A DNA stretch of 64,000 bases from a bacterium (GTDB lineage: Bacteria; Fidelibacterota; Marinisomatia; Marinisomatales; JAHJCW01), in assembly GCA_028282845.1 (NCBI GenBank), contig JANQGY010000018.1:101252-165251 (forward strand). Direction: 5' to 3'. A program made the position numbers and the translations under genes. This document shows, in pieces, positions 8,730 to 18,200 of this stretch (its first letter is position 1; every line of letters starts with the position of its first letter). Under the pieces are notes generated by a model. The model worked only from the letters and a program-made list of their open reading frames with translations, was not told where the DNA came from and did no database searches.

Positions 8730-10586
8730 TTAATCATGAATAAATATCGCAAAGGAGTTTGCTTTGAGTTCTTTCTTATCTGAGCAACCACCTATTAATT
8801 TCCACTTATTTTTACCGCCCGGCAAGAAATCTGCCGGCAGATTATAATTGCTACCTGTAGAATTGAATACGACAATCAGCTTTTGCGAATTATAACTCCT
8901 TGTAAAAGCAAATATTCCATGATCGTCATCAACAAAGTGATTAGCATAGGATCCTCTATTAAGGATCGGATACTCTTTTCTCAAGGCGATCATTTGTTTA
9001 TAGAAATCAAACAGATTGCTGTCAACCTGAACCACATCATTATGTGCACGGTAATCACAATCCGGTGAATAATCGCAGGGATGCGCCTGTTCGTTTTCAT
9101 ATATAAGATCGGGCCAGAGCATTGGCTTTCTGCAGTCAGGATCATCGGCGCCCCACATGCCGACTTCATCACCATAATATATATATGGAGCACCGATAAA
9201 ACTGAATTGGAAGGCAATGATATTTTTTTGAATTTGTCGCTCAAATTCATTTGGTTTGCGGGTAACAAATTCCGGATTCCAACCGAGATTATTAGCATGA
9301 TCAATCCATCTGTCGGGGTTGACAATCGCCGAGGCAAACCGTTCCATATCATGGCTGCCGAGCAGATTTTGTATGGTCATTGCTCTTGCAATGCCATAAT
9401 CATTAATGATTGATTCTAATGATTGTTGCAATTCTGACGGGCTGATCTTCATTTCTTGATCAATAAAGAATCGGAACATGGCATCGGCAAACCGATAATT
9501 CATAACGCCGTCAAACCGTCCGTCTGCTAACCAGGGAGCGGCATTGAATTGCTTATTATTCCAGTAATCTTCCCACCAAACCTCACCGGTTATGTACGCA
9601 TTGGGATTAATCTCCTTGACCCATTTGCCAAATAAATCCCAAAATTTTATTTGAACTCTTTCGGCTACATCAAGCCGCCATCCGTCAATTCCATCGCTTG
9701 GATCGCCGTCTCCATTGGGGTCCATCCATCTTTTTACGACTTCATATAGATGATTTCTAACCGGTTCCACGGGTCCGTATTCGTCCTGTCTGAATGCCGG
9801 AAGATCTTCGACATATCCGGTATATTGAAAAGGTATTTGTTCTTCAGCTATAAATGGTTTTGGCAATTCAACAAACGCATTCAAATGCGATGCATCCGGT
9901 AATCCATTGCCCTTTATGTTGAACCACTCAAAATATTTGCTTTGGTCACGATTCTCAATTACATCCTCAAATGCCCAAAAGGTTAATCCGACATGATTGA
10001 ATACGCCGTCAATGATTATGTGCATTTCTCGATTATGTACTTCTCCAATAAGCTGTAGAAAAAGTTTATCGGCAGAAGTCCACTTCCATGTAGTAGGATC
10101 ACTGGGATCTTCACTTTCAATTATTTTTGTGTCTCCAACCGGATCAGGTCCAAAATGGTGATCAATATGGTGGTACATAGCGGCGCCATATTTATGACTT
10201 GAAGGGGAATCAAATACGGGATTTAAATAAATTGCATTGATTCCTAAATCCTGTAGATAATCAAGTTTATCAATAATACCCTGAATATCTCCGCCGTAAC
10301 GCCGAATTTGGAATTGGTAGCGATATTCATTGCCGTTGGCAATTTCCCAGGGCTGCAATTTGTACCAATCCGACGTCCATGGCGAAATATACCACTGCTT
10401 CTGTAGTTCCCAGGGCCAAACGCCCCACATACTTTCAATAGTCGGATCATTACTTTGATCGCCATTATAAAATCTATCAGGAAATATTTGATACCAAATG
10501 GCATCGGCAGCCCATTCAGGGTTACCGGCAATTAGTCCTGAAAATAAAATTAAAATGATCAAAATTATTTTTTTATTCTTTTTCAT
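8730..10586 (-). CDS. Secreted GH13 alpha-amylase family enzyme (neopullulanase/cyclomaltodextrinase-like)
   Basis: 618 aa with a signal peptide. GH13 motifs seen: WYQIFPDRFYNGD, GGDIQGIIDKLDYLQDLGINAIYLNPVF, DGVFNHVG (region I), DGWRLDVAE (region II, nucleophile Asp), TGEVWW (region III) and LLGSHDMERF (region IV). Confidence 0.85.
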   Translation of the reverse strand: MKKNKKIILIILILFSGLIAGNPEWAADAIWYQIFPDRFYNGDQSNDPTIESMWGVWPWELQKQWYISPWTSDWYKLQPWEIANGNEYRYQFQIRRYGGDIQGIIDKLDYLQDLGINAIYLNPVFDSPSSHKYGAAMYHHIDHHFGPDPVGDTKIIESEDPSDPTTWKWTSADKLFLQLIGEVHNREMHIIIDGVFNHVGLTFWAFEDVIENRDQSKYFEWFNIKGNGLPDASHLNAFVELPKPFIAEEQIPFQYTGYVEDLPAFRQDEYGPVEPVRNHLYEVVKRWMDPNGDGDPSDGIDGWRLDVAERVQIKFWDLFGKWVKEINPNAYITGEVWWEDYWNNKQFNAAPWLADGRFDGVMNYRFADAMFRFFIDQEMKISPSELQQSLESIINDYGIARAMTIQNLLGSHDMERFASAIVNPDRWIDHANNLGWNPEFVTRKPNEFERQIQKNIIAFQFSFIGAPYIYYGDEVGMWGADDPDCRKPMLWPDLIYENEQAHPCDYSPDCDYRAHNDVVQVDSNLFDFYKQMIALRKEYPILNRGSYANHFVDDDHGIFAFTRSYNSQKLIVVFNSTGSNYNLPADFLPGGKNKWKLIGGCSDKKELKANSFAIFIHD

Positions 10587-10598
10587 ATCGGTGCTAAC

Positions 10599-10624
10599 TT
10601 AGTAACTCTTTTATGAGTTAATGA
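10599..10624. promoter_or_regulatory. Candidate operator, copy 3: TTAGTAACTC-ttttat-GAGTTAATGA (8/10 bp inverted repeat, 6-nt spacer) in the amylase/trmB divergent region
   Basis: Read directly from the sequence. It lies 13 nt upstream of the amylase start (10586, minus strand) and 43 nt upstream of the trmB-like start (10668, plus strand). Confidence 0.5.
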
Positions 10625-10667
10625 TTTTTTAATTGAGGTATAATTTACCTACTTTCTAAAAAATTTT

Positions 10668-11486
10668 ATGAATATTAATACAACTGAAAAAGAAATAATT
10701 GATTTACTGAATGAATTTGGTTTGCCTCCCAATTTAGGCAAAACTTATGTTGCTCTATTAAGCAATAATCCGGCAACCGGTTATGAGATTTGTACGCAAT
10801 CAGGGGTTCCGCGTTCAGCAATCTATTCAGTGCTCAATAAATTGGAAGCGCTCGGTATTGTAAATTCAATCGGACAATCGCCAAAACGTTATGTGCCGAT
10901 TCCGCCTTCGGGATTATTAGAGCATTTTAGCCAGCTTCACTCGGATCGAATTAGCTTGTTAACTGAAGCTATGGAAAATTTAGACACGAATGATACAACC
11001 TTTGACTTTTGGCATATTCACGGCTATCGCAATTTGATTTTAAAATTGCGCGAATCAATCAGTAAGGCTAAAGAAAAAATCTTCTTGAGTATTTGGGCTA
11101 AAGAACTTATCCAATTGGAAAAAGAGTTAGAGAGTGCTGAAAAGCGCTCTGTAGCTATTTCAATTTTTTCTTTTACAAAACTAAACAAAGAATTTGGTAA
11201 TACAATATCATATAATTTGGATGAAGACAAATTAACTCAAGTATGGAATCCGAAAGTTATTATGGTGCGGGATCATGAAATAACTATTATGGGTAGTGCA
11301 TCAAGCAAGACGGGTAATCGGGCAATCTGGACCAACAACGAAGCAATTACCGAAATCGCTACAAATCACATAATTTTGGACGTAACACTTGCCGGACAAA
11401 GAATGCAGTTTGATCCTAATCCGTTAGTTCAGCCAATGATGAAAAGACCGGACCTTAATTTAGATGATATGTTACCAAAAGTATAA
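10668..11486 (+). CDS. TrmB-family sugar-responsive transcriptional regulator
   Basis: 272 aa. The N-terminal winged HTH LGKTYVALLSNNPATGYEICTQSGVPRSAIYSVLNKLEALGIV is typical of TrmB. It sits directly upstream of the GH57 / phosphorylase genes. Confidence 0.7.
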   Translation: MNINTTEKEIIDLLNEFGLPPNLGKTYVALLSNNPATGYEICTQSGVPRSAIYSVLNKLEALGIVNSIGQSPKRYVPIPPSGLLEHFSQLHSDRISLLTEAMENLDTNDTTFDFWHIHGYRNLILKLRESISKAKEKIFLSIWAKELIQLEKELESAEKRSVAISIFSFTKLNKEFGNTISYNLDEDKLTQVWNPKVIMVRDHEITIMGSASSKTGNRAIWTNNEAITEIATNHIILDVTLAGQRMQFDPNPLVQPMMKRPDLNLDDMLPKV

Positions 11487-11501
11487 ATAATCGAGATATA
11501 A

Positions 11502-13583
11502 TTGAAAAAAATACAGTTCATTTTTGGTATTCATTTGCATCAACCGGTCGGTAATTTTGATTGGGTTTTTGAAGATGCTTACCAAAAGAGTTATAAACCC
11601 TTCATTGATGTCTTAAAAAAATATCCTTCAATTGCCTTAGTTATTCATATTAGCGGACCGTTGCTTGATTGGTTAGAAGAGCATCATCCTGAATTTCTCG
11701 ATGAAATTGCGGGATTGGTTCAATCGCGTGATATTGAAGTTTTAAGTGCCGGATATTACGAACCTATCTTGGCGGTCATTCCTGACCATGATAAGGTCGG
11801 TCAGATCAAAAAACTGAATAAATATATTTATAAACGTTTTAATTATGATGCGAAAGGTATTTGGTTAACCGAGCGGGTTTGGGAACCGCATTTAGCCAAA
11901 CAGATCAGCAAAGCTAATATAAAATATATTGCAGTAGATGATTTCCATTTTCTTGCTGCCGGCAAAATGAATGATGAATTGAACGGTTATTACACCACCG
12001 ATGAGCAGGACGCGCGCCTTGCGGTTTTTCCAATTAGTCAGGAATTAAGATATTTAATACCATTCCAAGAGCCTGACGACACGATCAAATATCTTGAATC
12101 AATTGCTTCTGAAAAGGATAATAAAGTAATTGTAATGGCAGACGATGCGGAAAAATTTGGTGTTTGGCCCGGAACGTATGAGAACTGTTTTGGCAGAAAT
12201 GATTGGTTGAATCGTTTCTTCAAGGCTTTGGATGACAATAAAGATTGGTTAATAACTACAACATTTGAGAAATTCTATCTGTCAAATAAACCGCTTGGCA
12301 GAATCTATTTGCCGACGGTCAGTTATTTTGAGATGAACGAATGGACCTTGCCTGCTGAGAGAGGTGAACAGTTTTCTGATTTAGTCCATGATTTCGAAAA
12401 ATCGGCAAAGATTGACAAATACAAACAGTTCCTGCGGGGCGGAATGTGGCGCAATTTCCAAAACCTATATGATGAATCAAACTGGATGCAGAAGCGGGTC
12501 TCGGATTTATCATTTATTTATGAAACCTACAAAAAGAAGTTAAGCAAGAAAGACCATAAACTTACTCAGGATCATATTTGGAAAGCACAATGCAATTGCG
12601 CTTATTGGCATGGCGTATTCGGCGGATTGTATCTTCCGCATCTTCGACATGGAATATATGAAAATTTGATCGCCGCCGATAAAATAATCAGCAAAGTGTT
12701 ACCGCCATTCTCCGGCACATTCGATCTTGATAATGATGGATATGATGAAGTTGATTTGCTTTCCAATCAAATAAAGATTATCACAAGCACCAAAGGCGGA
12801 TGCATCCGTGAATTTGATATTCTCTCAAAGAATTTCAATATTCTTAATACGATGCATCAGGTTACTGAAAGCTATCATCGTAACTTAGCCTCCGCCTCTA
12901 CCGGTAAGGTCACAAGCGGTTCAATCCACGATAACATTGTAATGAAAGAGAAAAATCTCGATAAAATTCTCAATGTTGATAAATTCCCGCGCTATATGTT
13001 GGCAGACCATTTTTACCCGAAGAATGTATCGTTCAAAGCAGTACAGGCAGGATCACATGAAAGGGGAGATTTTGCGAATCGGGAATTTGATGTAGTTAGA
13101 GATACCAATATCAATTTTAAGGCGCTTGGAAGTGCCTTTGAAACTGATCTACAAATTCATAAAAAGATCAGTGTCAGTGCCAATAAACTAACTGTCAATC
13201 TTACCTTGCAAAATAAAGGTGCGAATTTGATCAAAGGAATATATGGGTCCGAATTGAATTTCGCCCTTTTAGGCGGACATACTGAAGATCGTTACTATCG
13301 TGTTAATGGTAAAAAGCCGGCGAATTACTACCTTGACTCCAAAAAAATTGAAAATGAAGTTAAGTCCATTGAATTAGTCAATGAATATGATAAATTTTTG
13401 GTTCAAATTCTTTTTAATGATTCGACCAAAGTATGGCGCTTTCCGGTTTTTACAGTTTCAGGTAGTGAAGCCGGTTTGGAGAAAGTTTATCAGAGTTCAG
13501 TACTAATCCCTAATTGGAAATTAGAATTGAAACCAAAAGATAAATTGAAGATAAGATTTAAAATTATAATCAAGGAACTATGA
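11502..13583 (+). CDS. GH57 4-alpha-glucanotransferase (Thermococcus-type)
   Basis: 693 aa with a TTG start. From memory it is nearly colinear with the Thermococcus litoralis GH57 4-alpha-glucanotransferase. Shared segments: FIFGIHLHQPVGNFDWVFEDAY, GIWLTERVWEP (catalytic Glu), MADDAEKFGVWPGTYE (catalytic Asp) and KAQCNCAYWHGVFGGLYLPHLR. The stop overlaps the next ATG (ATGA at 13580-13583). Confidence 0.85.
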   Translation: MKKIQFIFGIHLHQPVGNFDWVFEDAYQKSYKPFIDVLKKYPSIALVIHISGPLLDWLEEHHPEFLDEIAGLVQSRDIEVLSAGYYEPILAVIPDHDKVGQIKKLNKYIYKRFNYDAKGIWLTERVWEPHLAKQISKANIKYIAVDDFHFLAAGKMNDELNGYYTTDEQDARLAVFPISQELRYLIPFQEPDDTIKYLESIASEKDNKVIVMADDAEKFGVWPGTYENCFGRNDWLNRFFKALDDNKDWLITTTFEKFYLSNKPLGRIYLPTVSYFEMNEWTLPAERGEQFSDLVHDFEKSAKIDKYKQFLRGGMWRNFQNLYDESNWMQKRVSDLSFIYETYKKKLSKKDHKLTQDHIWKAQCNCAYWHGVFGGLYLPHLRHGIYENLIAADKIISKVLPPFSGTFDLDNDGYDEVDLLSNQIKIITSTKGGCIREFDILSKNFNILNTMHQVTESYHRNLASASTGKVTSGSIHDNIVMKEKNLDKILNVDKFPRYMLADHFYPKNVSFKAVQAGSHERGDFANREFDVVRDTNINFKALGSAFETDLQIHKKISVSANKLTVNLTLQNKGANLIKGIYGSELNFALLGGHTEDRYYRVNGKKPANYYLDSKKIENEVKSIELVNEYDKFLVQILFNDSTKVWRFPVFTVSGSEAGLEKVYQSSVLIPNWKLELKPKDKLKIRFKIIIKEL

Positions 13584-15226
13584 TGGAAACGCAGACGAAG
13601 ATTGCATATTTCAGTGCCGAGATCGGAATATCGGCAAAATTGCCGACCTACAGCGGTGGATTGGGAGTTTTAGCGGGCGATCATATTAAAGCCGCCGCCG
13701 ATGCCGAACTGCCGATGTGTGCTGTTACCCTGCTCTATAAGGAAGGCTATTTTAAACAAAGGATTGATGATGACGGTCGTCAATCGGAAGCATATCCCCA
13801 ATTTGATCCCAATCCTTTGTTAAAAAAAATACCAATTAAATTCACTTTGCCTTTAAGGAAAAGAGCGGTGATGATCCAGGTTTACGAGTATCGTTATAAG
13901 GGTCTGACCGGACACGAAATACCAATCTATTTTCTTGACACTAATTTAGAAGAAAATTTTTACGACGATCAGGTAATCACTTTGCGCCTGTACAGCGGCG
14001 ATAAGGATCACCGTATTTTGCAGGAAGCACTTTTAGGATTCGGTGGTATAAAATTACTTGAAGAATTAAAATACAAGAATATCGAAACTTACCACATGAA
14101 TGAGGGACACGCTTCCTTCATAATAATGCAGCTATTGCGCAAATTCGACGGCAATCATGATGAAGTTCGCAAAAGATGCCATTTTACCACCCATACCCCG
14201 GTTCCGGCCGGCCACGACGAATTTGCGATTGATCGCTGTGAAAGATTATTGGACGGGCTGCTGTGGAAAGAATTGAGTGAAATTTCATCAATTCAAAACG
14301 GACGATTACACATGACCGAGCTCGGATTGCATTTTAGCCGTTCCGCCAATGGTGTATCGCAATTGCATGGGAAAGTTGCTCAAGATCAATTCCCACAATA
14401 TAAAATTGGTCATATAACCAATGGAGTTTATCATCCTTATTGGGCCGGTAAGGATTTCCGTGAGGTGTTCGATAATCGGCTTCCCGGATGGCGTGAAGAT
14501 CCCACCCGACTATTGAATGTTGACGCTATTTTACCCAAGGAAATTGTCAAAGCCCATCAGAGCCATAAAGATTTTTTACTTGGATATGCCAATTCACAAA
14601 CTCAAATGGCATTATCAAATGATATTTTAACCATCGGATTTGCGCGGCGTGCCGCCGCTTATAAGCGGGCAGGATTAATATTCAGCAATATGGAAAGACT
14701 TGCTCAAATCGGACAGGGCAAAATTCAGATTATATTTGCCGGTAAAGCGCATCCGGCTGATGAAAACGGTAAAGAAATAATCCATCAAGTTGTGCAGAAC
14801 GCCAAAAAATTATTCGGTACGATTAAAATAGTTTATTTAGAGAATTATAATCTTTGGTTGGGCAGGATCATTACTTCCGGTGTAGATGTTTGGTTAAATA
14901 CACCACGCCGACCGAATGAGGCATCGGGCACAAGTGGAATGAAAGCAGCCCTCAACGGCATACCGAACCTTTCAATTTTGGATGGTTGGTGGGCTGAAGC
15001 CTGTCAACATGGTGAAAACGGTTGGGCAATCGGGAATCCTGAAATCATTGATGATGTTGCCGATGCCGAACACTTATATTCGGTGTTGGAGCAGGAATTA
15101 ATCCCGACATTTTATAATGAACCTGAGAAATGGGCTGATTTGATGATTAATTCCATTGCTACCGGCGTACAGTTTTCAGCCTACCGCATGATAAACGACT
15201 ATAAAGATAAGTACTACAAATTATAA
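13580..15226 (+). CDS. Alpha-glucan (maltodextrin/glycogen) phosphorylase, short GT35 form
   Basis: 548 aa. Motifs seen: IAYFSAEIGISAKLPTYSGGLGVLAGDHIKAAADAELPMCAVTLLYKEGYF and EASGTSGMKAALNG, which carries the PLP-binding Lys. Confidence 0.85.
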   Translation: MMETQTKIAYFSAEIGISAKLPTYSGGLGVLAGDHIKAAADAELPMCAVTLLYKEGYFKQRIDDDGRQSEAYPQFDPNPLLKKIPIKFTLPLRKRAVMIQVYEYRYKGLTGHEIPIYFLDTNLEENFYDDQVITLRLYSGDKDHRILQEALLGFGGIKLLEELKYKNIETYHMNEGHASFIIMQLLRKFDGNHDEVRKRCHFTTHTPVPAGHDEFAIDRCERLLDGLLWKELSEISSIQNGRLHMTELGLHFSRSANGVSQLHGKVAQDQFPQYKIGHITNGVYHPYWAGKDFREVFDNRLPGWREDPTRLLNVDAILPKEIVKAHQSHKDFLLGYANSQTQMALSNDILTIGFARRAAAYKRAGLIFSNMERLAQIGQGKIQIIFAGKAHPADENGKEIIHQVVQNAKKLFGTIKIVYLENYNLWLGRIITSGVDVWLNTPRRPNEASGTSGMKAALNGIPNLSILDGWWAEACQHGENGWAIGNPEIIDDVADAEHLYSVLEQELIPTFYNEPEKWADLMINSIATGVQFSAYRMINDYKDKYYKL

Positions 15227-15240
15227 TTGGAGCCCGCCAA

Positions 15241-18200
15241 ATGACAATCGAAAATAGCGAAACTAATTACGCTATTCGTCATTTTCACATTTCCCGAAAG
15301 ATCCGTGAAAAATATGATCTGAAAGAGTCATTGTTCAAGCTTTCAGGGGCAACAGTCCTCTTAGATTTTAAGTCTGTCAGGGAGCTGACTGATAAATTGA
15401 ACGAAGAAACTGAGGAGCCATTATTCGCAAGCGATTTGAATGCTTTAGGATTGATCCATGAGTGTTTGCATTATATTATATCGGTCTATCTTGAAAAAGT
15501 AAAATCCGATGCATTAAATAATCTTGTTAAAACATTAGACAGCGCTTTGCAGCAAAGTGAATTTGAGAATACGCTAACTGAGTTTATTGCCGAATTTCCA
15601 CCTAACTCAGTATTCAATAAAGAAGAAACAATCCAACAATATATAAATGGGGAAACAGAGGGCGTATCGAATCGGGAATTAATATTGGAAGAACTCCTGC
15701 TACTTTGGCTGGAAAATCAAAATCCCGCTTTTAAACCATTTTCAATTTTATTTGATGATACGCAACTGCTAAAGAATTCAAAATATGCGGCTGTAATTGA
15801 ACAGTCAAAGAACTATTTTGTTGATCTACCATTTTTCGGACCTGATAATCAAGATTTGATTTCCATGCTGCGCATGCCTGCTATTGTAGCACCGGATTCG
15901 CTGCAAAAACAATTGGAATATATTCGTGATAAATGGGGTTATTTACTTGGTGATTTGCTCAAAAATATTCTTCAAGCTTTGGACTTTATTTCCGAAGAAA
16001 AGAAACAACGAGGGTTTGGTCCCGGCGAAATTGCTGTGCCGGAATATGATGGTGAAGAGGATTATGAGCGTTTTAGCCATGATCGGGAATGGATGCCCAA
16101 AGTAGTGATGATCGCCAAAAATGCCTATGTCTGGATGGATCAATTATCAAAACAATATCAATGTAATATTGATACCTTAGATAAAATACCGGATGAGGAA
16201 TTAGATAGATTGGCAGGTTATGGTTTTACTGCACTATGGCTGATCGGATTATGGGAAAGGAGTAAAGCTTCAAAAAGGATTAAACAACTGCGCGGAAATC
16301 CCGAAGCGGAAGCCTCGGCTTATTCTTTGATGAATTACGAAATAGCGGCTGACCTTGGTGGTTGGGAAGCGTTGCATAATTTACGCCGGCGCAGTTGGCA
16401 ACGGGGGATAAGATTAGCGAGCGATATGGTTCCAAACCACACCGGAATTGACTCAAATTGGGTAATCGAACATCCCGATTGGTTTCTTGCTTTGGATCAT
16501 TCACCATATCCGTCTTATTCATTCAACGGTGAAAATCTTTCTCAGGATGATAGAGTAGGCATCTACATTGAAGATAAATATTTTTCACAATCCGATGCTG
16601 CGGTGGTTTTTAAACGGATTGATTTTTGGACGGGCAATGAGAAATTTATTTATCACGGTAACGATGGAACGGCAATGCCTTGGAATGACACGGCGCAATT
16701 GAATTATCTTAATCCTAAAGTTCGTGAAGCTGTGATCCAAACAATATTACATGTGGCGCGGAGTTTTCCGATTATCCGTTTTGATGCAGCGATGACGCTT
16801 GCCAAAAAACATCTGCAGCGATTATGGTTTCCGGAACCCGGCTCGGGCAGCGATATTCCATCACGGGCTGAGTTTGGTATGACGAAAAAAGAATTTGACA
16901 AACTTATCCCAACCGAGTTTTGGCGCACTGTGGTTGATCGAATAGCAGAAGAGGTGCCTGATACTTTGTTGTTAGCCGAAGCATTTTGGATGATGGAAAG
17001 TTATTTTGTCCGTACGCTTGGCATGCATCGCGTTTACAACAGCGCTTTTATGAATATGCTCAAAATGGAGCGCAATGCCGATTATCGCGCTACCATTAAA
17101 AAAACATTGGAGTTTGATTCTGAGATATTGAAACGCTTTGTCAATTTCTTGAATAATCCCGATGAAGAAACTGCCGTCAAACAATTTGGCAAAAGCGATA
17201 AGTATTTTGGGATAACATTGATGATGGTTACAATGCCCGGCTTGCCGATGTTTGGGCATGGTCAAATCGAGGGATGGGAAGAAAAATATGGCATGGAATA
17301 TCGTAAATCGTATTGGGATGAGGAGATTGATTGGGATTTTGTCGAAAGGCATAAATGGGACATATTCCCATTAATTCATAAAAGGTATATTTTCTCGGGT
17401 GTAACAAATTTTTATTTATATGATTTTTTCACTGATGACGGAAAGGTCAATGAAAATGTGTTTGCCTATTCTAATCAACAAGGGGATGAAAGAGCATTAA
17501 TTATTTATAATAATTCATTTCAGCGTACAGCCGGTTGGGTGAAAACATCAACAGCAATCAGGAATAAAGCCACCGGTAAATTATATCAAAAAAATATTGG
17601 TGTGGGGCTCGGTTTGACCAATACAGCCAATAATTATTTAATATTCAGAGAACACAAATCTAATCTCGAATTTATCCGCAAGGTTTCTGAAATATTTGAA
17701 AAAGGAATATACTCGGAGCTGAATGGTTATCAATATCAAGTATTTTTGGATATCCGTCAGGTGCAGGATAATGAATTTGGTCATTATAACAAATTATGTG
17801 GACGGCTTGGCGGTAGAGGGGTAGCGAGCATTGCCGAGGAACTGAACCTGTTCAAAAAGCAGGAACATGATGTTTTGTTTATCAGTGCCGAAGTATCCCC
17901 GTTTTCAAAAGCGGGCGGCTTAGCCGATGTAGCGCGCTCCCTGCCAATCGAGATAGCAAAATCCGAGAGGAAAACTGCTATCATTTCGCCCTTTTATCGT
18001 TCAGTTGGCGAATATGAAAATGTTAAAGATTTTAATTTGTCAGGCTCGATTTTTTTAGATGGTGAAGAGTTCCACTATGAATTGCAACATGCCAAGCATG
18101 AATCGGGCACCGATCTTTTCTTCGTAAAAAATGATTATTTTTTCAACCGCAAGGGTGTTTATACGGATGCCAAAGGGGAAGGTTATTCTGACAACAATAA

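Noticed and set aside
8883-10531. ORFs 8883-9068, 8990-9352, 9081-9413 and 10244-10531 within the GH13 amylase gene
   Set aside because: They are alternative-frame or antisense ORFs inside a gene whose main frame carries all four GH13 conserved regions.
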